The position numbers and the translations under genes are program-made. Below, piece after piece: positions 9,319 through 18,605 of a stretch of 64,000 nucleotides of DNA (positions within the stretch are counted from its first letter, which is position 1; each line of letters begins with the position of its first letter). Source of the DNA: an uncultured bacterium (lineage in GTDB: Bacteria; Actinomycetota; Acidimicrobiia; Spongiisociales; UBA5794); the NCBI GenBank assembly GCA_963801165.1, contig CAWDDT010000009.1, positions 416,001 to 480,000 on the forward strand, given 5' to 3'. The notes below the pieces were generated by a model, which was not told where the DNA came from, did not search any database, and saw only the letters and a program-made list of their open reading frames with translations.

Positions 9319-10162
9319 CCCCGGATCGTCGCCGCAGAGCGGTCGTCGTTCTGCAGGAACGGTCGGGGTATCTGAGCGTAGGGCGTGTCGGGTGGTGGGT
9401 CAGCATCGCTCCACGCAGCGGCGCCCGGCACGGACCGAACCGGAGCCTGATCTGAAGTTGCGGCGCCGGTTGTGTCGTTTTGGCCGTGCCCATCCCCGTT
9501 TGGGATGGCGGAAAGCCCACGACGTGGTACGCCGCGAGGGCTGGGCGGTGAACCACAAGAAACTACGCAGGTTGTGGCGGGAAGAAGGGCTGAGACGGCC
9601 ACCACAGCGCAAAGCGAAGAAACGCCGGCCCGACAGCTCGGATGGGACGCTGCTGAGGGCCGAGTACCCGAATCATGTCTGGGCCCTCGACTTCCAGTTC
9701 GACGAAACCTGCGATCTGCGCCGTATCAAGCTGCTCAACATCGTTGACGAGCACACCAGAGAAGCCCTCGCTACCGATGTGGCCCGCTCCATCACCGCAG
9801 ACGACGTGGTCGCCACGATGGAACGTCTCGTCACCACACGGGGAGCCCCCAGGTTCATCAGGATGGACAACGGCCCCGAACTGATCGCCTGGGCACTACG
9901 GGACTGGTGCCGCCTGACGGGACTCGGCACCCTCTACATCGAACCCGGCTCCCCCTGGGAGAACCCGTGGATCGAATCGTTCAACGGCCGGATGCGAGAC
10001 GAGCTGCTCAACATCACCGAGTTCGGCTCCCTCACCGAAGCCCGGATCGTCATCGAAGACTGGAGACACGAATACAACACCTGGAGACCACACTCAAGCC
10101 TCGGAGGACTCACTCCCGCCGAGTACGCTAAACAATGCACCCACCAGCCGGACCACCCATAG
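9312..10162 (+). pseudogene. IS3 transposase OrfB (DDE) with a 1-nt deletion near 9363
   Basis: [25 protein letters not shown] present; [17 protein letters not shown] is out of frame with [16 protein letters not shown] by one base. Confidence 0.8.
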
Positions 10163-10414
10163 CGGCCGGACCATTCAACGGGGCCCTCTCATCTTCACTG
10201 GTGACCACTCGGCAATGTGTCGCGTTGCACCGTCGGTGGTGCTAGCTCTACTTGTCCTCCTATTCGGGTGTCGCGGTGGCAACAGTTCGGAGCCGCCTCC
10301 AGCCCGCGACGCGCCCCAGGTACCCGAGCACCGGCTACGCAAAGCCGTGCTAGGGGTACTCAACAGGTTCCGAGCTGAGTGCCGCGACCGCGAGGCGCAA
10401 GGCTGACGACGGGC

Positions 10415-10564
10415 CACCTTCGACCGTGATGGACACCTGCTTCCCGAGATCTCGAGGTCCTCGCCGCCCCGAATCGACGCGGCAAGAGACAATCAGTCGT
10501 TCGGACCAAACGCGGACCGGGGGTTGTGGAGCTGTCTGCCGAGAGGGCGGAAACGGCGCTCTGA
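10415..10564 (+). pseudogene. Relic 3' end of a tyrosine integrase closely related to 27589-28740
   Basis: Aligns with 28581-28740; last 56 bp before the att repeat differ at 7 positions; catalytic DRYGHL reads DRDGHL, with indels. Confidence 0.85.
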
Positions 10565-10626
10565 CAAGGGATTTGAGAGGTGGGCCCGGTGGGAATCGAA
10601 CCCACGACCTTCGGATTAAAAGTCCG
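10559..10626. repeat. att direct repeat (68 bp, includes the 3' 46 nt of tRNA-Lys)
   Basis: Identical to 28735-28802. Confidence 0.95.
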
Positions 10627-10724
10627 TCCGGAGGGTTTTCATTGGTTTGCATTATTGTGGAAAAACATGCTCTGAGCGGGGCGTTTGTGCTCATTGCCGC
10701 TTATCGTCTTTCATCGTCTTGCGC

Positions 10725-10750
10725 CAGCCGCGCGGACCACACGCGGACCG
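10725..10750 (+). promoter_or_regulatory. Putative integrase arm-type binding sites (CGCGGACC x2, 11-bp period)
   Basis: CAGCCGCGCGGACCACACGCGGACCG, matching the triple array at 28659-28695. Confidence 0.65.
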
Positions 10751-10879
10751 TGGGTGCCGCGTGATGGAGCGGTGTGGCGGTTCGCTGCATGCCTCGGGCT
10801 TGTCGAATTCGCTGCTTGTGACACCGGCGGGTGGTACGTTGATTGCGTCCGGAGGTTCTGTTCTTCGATGTCGCCGACG

Positions 10880-11537
10880 ATGACCGCAGGTTCCCTACTC
10901 GCTGCGTTGGAAGGCTGCTATGAAGCGCCTCGGGCGGCCGCGCTCTCGGGTGTTCCGGTGTCCACCGTGTACTACTGGGCGAGGACAGGGCTCATCAACG
11001 CAACTGTGTCCCAGGGGAGGCCGAAGCGTTGGTCGTACGCAGACCTGATGGGGTTGCGCATCGTGTACTGGCTCCGTCATCCCAGGTGGCCTCAAGGGGG
11101 CGAGTCCAATGAACGAAGTCAGGCGTGCGCTCGATGAACTGGACGAGCTCGGTCTAGATATCTGGAGTCAGGATCTCCCGTCTCCCGGTTCTCCGCTGCG
11201 TGTCGACCGTACCGGCCACATCTTCATCGTCTCGGCTGACCGTGTTGAGACCGCTCACCGGGAAGGGGTGATGGGAGAGACGCTCGATCTCCTCGGGCCG
11301 TTCAACGTAGGAGAAGGGCACGGGCCCGACCTGATCCGTCCTCGGGAACACCTGAGGATCATCCCCGGCAAGGTCTCAGGTGAACCGTACCTGGCCGATT
11401 CGCGTATCACCACTCAAGCGGTGGCGGCACTCTTCGAGCGTTTCGGGGACATTGATCGTGTTGTGGCGCTCTATCCGGATCTCGACAAGGCTGCGATCAA
11501 GGAGGCGATCGATCTCGAGCAGCATTTGGCGGCGTAG
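10880..11537 (+). pseudogene. MerR-like HTH + DUF433 antitoxin-type gene, frameshifted
   Basis: YEAPRAAALSGVP.STVYYWAR...WSYADL, then in another frame ASPMNEVRRAL...IIPGKVSGEPYLADSRI..YPDL; shift between ~11083 and 11100. Confidence 0.75.
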
Positions 11538-11662
11538 CGGATGTCCCGCTTGACTATCGGTTGTCTCAGCAGCCCGTCGCCGGTGGGTGGACCTGTTGCT
11601 TTGTCGTGGCAGTGACGGGATTCGAGGGTCCGCGGCTTGTTTCTGTCTTCCGATAGATACAT

Positions 11663-13057
11663 TTAGTTTCCCTGGAGCACAAAGCTGCTTGAGCCGAAAA
11701 CGATTACCGTGTCGCCCGTCCAGATCAATGTGCCGCCTTGGCCGAGTGGCAGGGGCGGTGCGACATGCCATTCATCCGAGTCTGGTTGATAGGTCAGTAC
11801 CCGTGTTTCGCTGTCCCTTGGTTGGTCATCGAGTGTGCCGACCCAGACGATCATTTCTTCGCCGGTCCATACGGCATCCTGGCCACCAGGCGTCCATTCT
11901 CCCCAATCCACCGCTGGGAGAGGCGGTCCGGCGATCTCGCGCCATGTGTCGGAGATGGGGTCCCACGCGGCACCCCGCTGTTCGCTCTGATTTGCGATCC
12001 CGAGCCCAACGCCCCAGACGATGACCTCGCTACCGGTCCAGACGAGGCTTGGTGTGTCGATTACTTGGACGAACTTGGGGATCTCCAATTGCCGCCAGGT
12101 CCCATCTGCCGGGTCGAATACGACTGGTGAGTGTCCGGGTCTGTCGAAGCGCGGCCAGGCGAATAGCTCAGATCCGGTCCACGTAACAGCAAAGCCCGAG
12201 GGAGACTCGTACGGTGGATCGGGGAGGAGTTCCCACGTATCCGACGAAGGCGTGTATGCAGCGAACTGCGCCAAGCCGGGTAGCCCTCCAACGACATACA
12301 GCTTCGACCCCGTCCATACGGCCCCGGGACCTTGGCTACCGAATCTAGGGGCCGGGGAAGCTGCCCGCCACTCCCCTGTATTCACCGAATAGACTGCCGT
12401 CTCGACGTTCGAACGTTCGCTGGCATTAACGCCACAGCAGACGATGATTTCGGTGCCCGCGGCAGCCACGACGGGACCCTTTTTCGGATCGATGGGCGCC
12501 TGGGGAATGGGCGTCCATTCAGCACTGCCGGGCACCCACTCTGCCGCTGCATCGCCTGGCTGGTCACCAGACGTACCGCCCCACACGACCAATCGATCCG
12601 CGGCCCAAACGGCTACTCCGTTCGATTCGAAACCGGATGGCAACGGAGGTAGCGCTGCCCAGGAATAGTCCAGGTCGGGAGCGTATGTTGACCCAACCCG
12701 CCCCGTCGTCGGAGGTGGGGTAGTCGACGTCGTGGTCGTCGACGCAGGAGTTGTCAGAGTCGTTGGCGTTGACCGCAGAGTCGTTATGGGAGCCAGCGAC
12801 GGGGCCCTCGTGACCGACGACATAGATCCTCCCGGAGGGACCGGGCTGGCGACCGTAGGCTGAGACTCGCCGCGGAGAGCAAGCCCGGCGATTCCCACGG
12901 TTGCGAAGATGCCGACAGCGGCGGCCACGACCACCACCACAGGACGTCGGTACCAGCGAGCAGGCGTGCGCCCCTCCCCCTGGTGCCATTCGTTGGGCAC
13001 TGGGAATGCGTCGCGTAGATCCGCTGCTGTCTTGGAGAGGTGTTCGTCAATGTTCAC
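11663..13057 (-). CDS. Membrane-anchored putative anti-sigma factor with Kelch beta-propeller
   Basis: GTG 13057 overlaps the sigma stop (GTGA); TM, Thr-rich linker, repeated AVWTGSE..VWGG / YDP.SD.W units. Confidence 0.82.
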   Translation of the reverse strand: MNIDEHLSKTAADLRDAFPVPNEWHQGEGRTPARWYRRPVVVVVAAAVGIFATVGIAGLALRGESQPTVASPVPPGGSMSSVTRAPSLAPITTLRSTPTTLTTPASTTTTSTTPPPTTGRVGSTYAPDLDYSWAALPPLPSGFESNGVAVWAADRLVVWGGTSGDQPGDAAAEWVPGSAEWTPIPQAPIDPKKGPVVAAAGTEIIVCCGVNASERSNVETAVYSVNTGEWRAASPAPRFGSQGPGAVWTGSKLYVVGGLPGLAQFAAYTPSSDTWELLPDPPYESPSGFAVTWTGSELFAWPRFDRPGHSPVVFDPADGTWRQLEIPKFVQVIDTPSLVWTGSEVIVWGVGLGIANQSEQRGAAWDPISDTWREIAGPPLPAVDWGEWTPGGQDAVWTGEEMIVWVGTLDDQPRDSETRVLTYQPDSDEWHVAPPLPLGQGGTLIWTGDTVIVFGSSSFVLQGN

Positions 13058-13581
13058 TTCAGCTCCTTCGAAGTAGCGAGACGTTTGCGCGCTCGACGCA
13101 GGTGTGTGCGGACGGTCTCTGGCGCGCAACCGATTGCGAGCGCAATCTCCTCGACCGGCAGATCACCTATGTAGCGGAGTGCGATGGCCTGTGCCTGGCG
13201 CCGCGGTAGGCGACGAACCATATCCCACGCGATCACGATATCGTCAGGGATCCCTTGAGGATTCTGCTGAGGTCGAAGCCGTGCTAGAGCCCTTAGTTCG
13301 GTCTCGATTCGACGTAGCCGTGAGGCTGCCTTGTTGGCGACGACGCGCTTTACCCAGGAATCGGGACGCTCCATCGTGACTACGCGATCCCATTTGACGA
13401 ACGCAGCCAGAAACGCATCCTGAGCGAGCTCCTCGGCGGCTGCTCGGTCCCCCGAGAGGGCGTACGCGATGGCCGCAACCGATTGATAGTTACGTGTGTA
13501 GAAGGAGTCGAAGCCGAAGAGTCGTGTCTCGTGTGTCGAGGTGTCCTCCCTTTGGACGGAGTTCAGGACCGCACCGTACAT
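13054..13581 (-). CDS. ECF sigma-70 factor (copy 2, paralog of copy 1)
   Basis: AEELAQDAF..W, RRLPRRQAQAIALRY, GCAPETVRTHLRRARKRL. Confidence 0.9.
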   Translation of the reverse strand: MYGAVLNSVQREDTSTHETRLFGFDSFYTRNYQSVAAIAYALSGDRAAAEELAQDAFLAAFVKWDRVVTMERPDSWVKRVVANKAASRLRRIETELRALARLRPQQNPQGIPDDIVIAWDMVRRLPRRQAQAIALRYIGDLPVEEIALAIGCAPETVRTHLRRARKRLATSKELK

Positions 13582-13584
13582 GCC

Positions 13585-13618
13585 AGTAAATCGCACGGGA
13601 ACCGCGTATAGGGGTACA
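13585..13618 (-). promoter_or_regulatory. Predicted autoregulatory ECF promoter TGTACCC-N15-GTGCGATTTACT
   Basis: Matches 4310-4343 in motif and spacing; lies just before a leaderless ATG. Confidence 0.6.
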
Positions 13619-13646
13619 AGTATTCCGCCTTGCACTCCAGAGGATT

Positions 13647-14397
13647 GTGTACCTGTTCTGGTCCGCGGCCGCTCCGTTTCTGAAGGACACATCCGATGTC
13701 CATGGTTTCGGTAGTGTTGACCCGCCGATATGGTGGTCGGAGGATGATCGGTACCAGGCGAATGCCCCACGCCATCGCATGTGGCTACAAGACGGGTACG
13801 CGCATTACCTATCACGCTGCATCCTTCGTGGCTCTGATGGCCTGTGGTGGGACTGGGAGAAGAACAAGAAGATGCAGCTTGCCGGCCAGCCGTGCATCGT
13901 GGGTTTCAGAACCCGCGATCGCTTCCACACCATTCATCGACGGCGCGCCGTTCTAGGACACGCGCTTCGTGAAGAGACCAAGACCGCCCCCATCCCGGCC
14001 TGTACGGCCGCGATGGGGCAGCGGTGCTGGAGTCTGCGTGCCGCAACTGGCTCGCGCTGGCCCCGGAGCCCGGCACGCCGCCGGCTGAGCCGGTGTGGGT
14101 GTGGAGCCAGGATTGGGGCTACAAACCGTCAGACGTGCACGTCTCGAGTCCATCGTTTGGCGAGATCGAGCATTGGCTGGACGAGGCTGGCCACGACTGG
14201 GATGGCGCGTGGCTGGTTGACGTCCCGCAACGCATCATCGCCGATGTCGAGCCGAGAACAGAGTTCGCCCGGATTCTCGAGGAAGATCTGTGCGAAATCG
14301 ATGGAGTGCGACGAGCCGAATGGGTAGAGAAGGTCGCATATCTCGTCGACGCGGCCCGGGTACCCGAGCACCGGCTACGCAAAGCCGTGCTAGGGGT
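13647..14397 (+). pseudogene. Fragmented hypothetical gene (Trp-rich), frameshifted and 3'-deleted
   Basis: Two overlapping ORFs (13647.., 14024..) with protein-like composition; the missing C-terminus (LNRFRAECRDREAQG*) survives in the copy at 10319-10406. Confidence 0.5.
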
Positions 14398-14483
14398 TCG
14401 ACGCGGCAAGAGACAATCATGTCAAGTTCCGGTACCCGTGCTCCGGGCTGGCTTCGGTTGGTGGGCGACGTTTAGTACGCGGG

Positions 14484-15950
14484 CTAGGAGGCGGCGTTGC
14501 GCCGTTGGGGCCGACCACGGGGGGTGGCGAAGGCGCCGTGTTCTTTGTCCCGGTCGTGCCGGATCGGGTGGCTACGCACAACCCGGCCGTCATGGGAGAT
14601 CTCGACGGTGTCGCCGACTACCCGTACCTGAACCGACTTGCCTCGATACTTGTTACCTGCCCGATAGGAGGCAGCTGCGAAGCTGATACTCCCCGACTGG
14701 TCGACCTTGCGGGTCACCGGCACCCCAGTGGTTTCTGGTCGGACCGGGCGGCCACGCCGCTGTCGTTGCCATGCGGCTGGTTCGTCCTCGACCGCATGCT
14801 GTCGGGCATGTGAGGTGATGAGTACTTCCCGATGCCATACCTCAACCAAACCACCGTTGATAGCCACCGTGACGGTCTCGCCGGCCAGCCAACGCCCCAC
14901 ATGGTATTTGTGACCGGCCAGGCTGATCCGGCCGCCTTGTCCCACCTTGCGGGTCACCCGCCGGACCCCATCTGCTGGTGGTGGCGGATCCGGTGGCAGC
15001 TGTGGCGCATCGTCGATCACGACCTCGAGCGGCACGCTCTTGGCTAGTTCGAAGCGACGGATCGGGGGCACCATCCCGATCCCCTGATGAGGCCGGGCAG
15101 TGTTGTAATGCTCCACCCACAAATCGAACTCTTGTTGGGCTTCCTCAATAGAGGCGAATACCCGGCCTTTCAGGAATTCGCTACGGATGGTCTTGTGGAA
15201 CCGTTCCACCTTCCCAGTCGTGGTCGGCGACCTCGGTGCCGTCAACAGATGATCTATCCCGTTTTCCCGACAGATCCGGTCAAACAACACCTCCCCAGAA
15301 CCCGGCCCGAACCGGCCAGTAAACACCTTCCCGTTATCAGTCAATACCTGATCAGGGACTCCATGGCGTCGCATCGCCAACGCCAACGCCTCACACACCG
15401 GCCTAGCCGTCGCCCTCCTCACTACCAGCGCCGAGACACAGAACCTCGAGTGGTCATCAACCCCGGTCACCACCTTCGCCTCCGAACCATCACCAAGTCG
15501 AACGCCACCCATCACATCCATCTGCCACAACTCCATCGACCGCGACCGCTCCCACCTTCGATACGACGACCTCGGCCTACGACGACGCCTCCTCTGCACC
15601 AAACCGTGACGCAGCAACGCCCGATAAATCCCCGACCTCGACGGCACCGGCACAATCCCCTCCTGCTCCAAGTGATACCGAATCGTGCGAGGTCCCCAAT
15701 CCGGATGAGCCCACCGCATCTCCACCACCCGCGCCTCAACCCGAGGCGGCATCTGATGCGGACACGAATGCGGCTTCGACGACCCATCCACCAAACCCTG
15801 CACCCCCGCATCCGCATAACACCTCAACCAGCGATGCACCGTCTGCCGGGCCACCCCATAACGACGAGCCACATCCGTCACCGCAGCTCCGCCCAAAACC
15901 TCCAACACCGCCTGGAATCGCTGCTCCACAACACCCAACTCCACCAACAC
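14484..15950 (-). CDS. IS481-family transposase
   Basis: MLVELGVVEQRFQAV, LWQMD, VDDHSRF, TDNG, GKVERFH; duplicated C-terminal VTRKV..G.IS module. Confidence 0.93.
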   Translation of the reverse strand: MLVELGVVEQRFQAVLEVLGGAAVTDVARRYGVARQTVHRWLRCYADAGVQGLVDGSSKPHSCPHQMPPRVEARVVEMRWAHPDWGPRTIRYHLEQEGIVPVPSRSGIYRALLRHGLVQRRRRRRPRSSYRRWERSRSMELWQMDVMGGVRLGDGSEAKVVTGVDDHSRFCVSALVVRRATARPVCEALALAMRRHGVPDQVLTDNGKVFTGRFGPGSGEVLFDRICRENGIDHLLTAPRSPTTTGKVERFHKTIRSEFLKGRVFASIEEAQQEFDLWVEHYNTARPHQGIGMVPPIRRFELAKSVPLEVVIDDAPQLPPDPPPPADGVRRVTRKVGQGGRISLAGHKYHVGRWLAGETVTVAINGGLVEVWHREVLITSHARQHAVEDEPAAWQRQRRGRPVRPETTGVPVTRKVDQSGSISFAAASYRAGNKYRGKSVQVRVVGDTVEISHDGRVVRSHPIRHDRDKEHGAFATPRGRPQRRNAAS

Positions 15951-15999
15951 AACAACCTCCTCCGATACCTCTCAGAGGAGCATGAACTGAAGCGCCCTG

Positions 16000-16245
16000 G
16001 GTTTGATGGAGACCGTTTTGTTTGGTCTTCTTTGTTGGCTGTGGTGGCTAGTTGAGCGTAGTGGTTCTCCTCGTGTTCGTCGGGTGGGATGTCGCCGCAG
16101 TGGCTGTGGAGCCGCTGGCTGTTGTACCAGTGCACCCAGGACAAGGTGGCGAGTTCGACCTCCTCGACCGTTCTCCAGGGTCCTTGATCGGGTCCAAGAT
16201 GAGCTCGGTCTTGTAGAGCCCGTTGATTGTCTCGGCCAGAGCATT
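16000..16245 (-). pseudogene. 3' part of the IS3 OrfB separated by IS110
   Basis: NALAETINGLYKTELI, then 1-nt shift, GPWRTVEEVELATLSWVHWYNSQRLHS. Confidence 0.85.
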
Positions 16246-16271
16246 GATGCTCCTATAGATCGCAAGTCGAC

Positions 16272-17354
16272 TCAGGCTGCTGGTCGAAGCTCGGTTGAGG
16301 TGCTTGGTTCGGGGAGTAGGTGGTAGAGCTCGCGGGCGACGAATCGTTTCAGGCAGCGGATGATGTCCTTTTTGGAGAGACCTTCGGCGGTGCGTCGTTT
16401 CACGTATGCGATGGTGGGTGGGTGCCATCGCATACGGACGATGATGACGCGGTAGAGCGCGGCGTTGGCTTGGCGGTTGCCGCCCCGGTTGAGACGATGA
16501 CGGCCGCTGGTTTTGCCCGACCCGGCGGGGATGGGGCAGGCGCCACAGAGTTTGGCGAAGGCGGCCTCGGAGCGGACTCGATCGGTGTTGTCACCGGCGG
16601 TGATGAGCATCTCAGCGGCGGTGTCGAACCCGACGCCGCATCGTTCCAGCATCTGAGGGGCGGCGGCTTTGGTGAGTTGTTTGAGGTGTGCAGTGTGGGC
16701 TTTGATCTCTTCGTGAAGGTTCAGGTAGCGGCGGGCGAGCGATGCCAGGCTGTGCCGGATCGCCACCTCGGGGTCGCTGATGTCGCCGTCGGTGTCGAGC
16801 TCGGCGCATGTCATGATCAGCTGGTGGTCGGTGAGCGGTTCGAGTGTTCCTCGTAGGTCGTCGGGAGCGGTGACCACCACCGTCTTGAGTGTGATCATGG
16901 TTGTGGTGTGCGCCTTCACGGCGGTGTCACGGGCGATCTTGATCAAACGGATCGCCTCGATCTGGCCGTCGGCGAGTTTCGGTGTGGCCGTGCCTTGGCC
17001 GGACAACACCGTCCGTGCCGCATGCTCGGCATCGATCGAGTCGCTCTTGCCTGACGTGCGACGTTCCCCACGTCGAGGCGGCCGTGCCACCTCGCGCACC
17101 GTCTGGTCGTGTCGACGAAGAAACCTCGCCAGTCCCGACCCATACGAGCCGCAGCCTTCGACACCAAAGGCGTGAACCGTCCCCAGGGTATGTGCCCAGT
17201 CGAGGAGCTCGGCGTAGCCGGCCGGGTTCGCTGCCACCAATAGTGGCTCGTCAACGAGGCCGCCGAGGCCGTCGATCGCCACTGCGACGTGTTGATCTTT
17301 GTGGGTGTCGACACCGATGATGACATCGGAACGTTCGAGTGCGATGCTGGTCAT
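16272..17354 (-). CDS. IS110 DEDD recombinase
   Basis: IGVDTHK, GVEGCGSYG, KSDSIDA, and Tnp domain AFAKLCGACPIPAGSG...RLNRGGNRQANAAL with catalytic Ser. Confidence 0.95.
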   Translation of the reverse strand: MTSIALERSDVIIGVDTHKDQHVAVAIDGLGGLVDEPLLVAANPAGYAELLDWAHTLGTVHAFGVEGCGSYGSGLARFLRRHDQTVREVARPPRRGERRTSGKSDSIDAEHAARTVLSGQGTATPKLADGQIEAIRLIKIARDTAVKAHTTTMITLKTVVVTAPDDLRGTLEPLTDHQLIMTCAELDTDGDISDPEVAIRHSLASLARRYLNLHEEIKAHTAHLKQLTKAAAPQMLERCGVGFDTAAEMLITAGDNTDRVRSEAAFAKLCGACPIPAGSGKTSGRHRLNRGGNRQANAALYRVIIVRMRWHPPTIAYVKRRTAEGLSKKDIIRCLKRFVARELYHLLPEPSTSTELRPAA

Positions 17355-17384
17355 GACTGTTGATCCTTCCGGTCGATGGTCTCC

Positions 17385-17590
17385 GTGCTCGCTTGGTCGG
17401 GCGGGAAGGACAGGACTGCGATGAGACCTGGGTCGATCAGGCTCCTATTAGGTCACTACCCGCTCGGCCGGCGAGACAACACACCGCGTCTCGGGTGACC
17501 GACACGTCAACGCAAGGACACAAGGTCGGTCATAACAAGGGTCAGGCCACCCGAGACAACAGCACCGAGAAGCATCTCATCTCGGCAACA
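17385..17590 (-). ncRNA. Predicted IS110 bridge RNA (5' hairpin, target-binding loop, donor-binding loop)
   Basis: Hairpin 17565-17585; 13-bp stem 17488-17500/17545-17557 enclosing guides matching the target; stem ~17388-17405/17459-17475 enclosing guides matching the circle junction. Ends approximate. Confidence 0.8.
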
Positions 17591-17601
17591 GGATCCTCGC
17601 A

Positions 17602-18273
17602 GTCATACGAGTCGCCGACCGACCCGATCGATGGGACAGCACCGAGTTCGGCGAGTCGTTCTCCGTAGCGGATCGACGTAAATTGCGACCCGGCATCGGA
17701 ATGAGTCACTAACCCTTCCAGGTTCGTGCCTCGGGACCAGCGGGCCATCTCGAGGGCGTCGAGCACAATCTCGGCACGCATATTGGCGGCGACCCGCCAG
17801 GCGACGATCTTGCGTGAGAACGCGTCGGTGATAAAACACACATACCCAAACCCGGACCAGGTGGCCACATAGGTCAGATCAACCACCCACAGCCGATTAG
17901 GCCGCTCTGCGGTGAACTGACGGTTGACCAGATCAGGCGGCCTCACAGCAGAAGGATCCGGTTTGGTGGTACGAACCCGCCGTCCCCTCGTCACACCCTT
18001 GATTTCGAGGCGTTTCATCAACCTGGCGGTCTGATCCCGGCCAATATCGATGCCATCACGAAGCGCCGCCTTCCACAGCTTCCGAGCGCCATAGACCTTC
18101 CGGTTCGCCATCCACAGCGTCAACAACAGCGGCATCAGGATCTGGTCCCGAAGCTCCCGAACCGACGGTGGCCGGCTCTTAGCGGCGTAATAGGTAGAAG
18201 GGGCCAACTGCAACTGGGTGCAGATGGGCTCGACCCCGAACTCGTCACGATTCTCATCAACGAACTTCACCAT
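17602..18273 (-). pseudogene. 5' part of IS3 OrfB (DDE), interrupted
   Basis: FGVEPIC, VYGARK, LWVVDLTYV, HSDAGSQF, SIGSVGDSYD then the IS110 junction. Confidence 0.9.
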
Positions 18274-18605
18274 TACTTCTGTGGGCGGTCGAGCTCCGCA
18301 GCGAAAAAAGCCGAAGCCCGCTTCAAGATCTCATTCGCTCGACGCAACTCACGATTCTCCTGCCGCAGCTGCCTCAACTCCGTCTGATCCTCACTAGTCG
18401 TCCCCGAACGCTCACCGCTATCGATCTCGTCCTGTCGCACCCACGACCGCAAAGACTCGACCCCGCAGCCCAACTGGTCAGCAACCCGCTTGATCCCGCC
18501 AGTCCTCTGCCCCGTCTCGGCACGCAGCTGACGCACCATCCGTACCCCACGCTCTTTAAACTCCGCCGAATACCGCCGTCTCGTTCCATCACCCTGATAA
18601 TCCAT
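18273..18605 (-). CDS. IS3 transposase OrfA
   Basis: RRYSAEFKERGVRMV, ENRELRRANEILKRASAFFAAELDRP; slippery TTTTTTC near 18303-18309. Confidence 0.9.
   Translation of the reverse strand: MDYQGDGTRRRYSAEFKERGVRMVRQLRAETGQRTGGIKRVADQLGCGVESLRSWVRQDEIDSGERSGTTSEDQTELRQLRQENRELRRANEILKRASAFFAAELDRPQK

Larger units (their letters stand above)
8970..10191 (+). mobile_element. IS3-family (IS407-like group) insertion sequence
   Basis: TG...CA ends with imperfect IRs (GCCCCG..TGGTCC..GCT.TGGG); 4-bp target duplication TCTT at 8966-8969 and 10192-10195. Confidence 0.92.
16246..17601 (-). mobile_element. IS110-family element
   Basis: Removing it restores IS3 codons TCG TAT GAC AAT GCT (SYDNA); no TIRs or TSD; right end TTGCGATCTATAGGAGCATC. 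Confidence 0.92.

Noticed and set aside
10581-10626. Second tRNA-Lys gene
   Set aside because: Only the 3' 46 nt are present; it is the att duplication.
15050-15960. Strong C/A strand skew as a special structure
   Set aside because: Reflects G/T-rich codon usage of the IS481 transposase on the minus strand.
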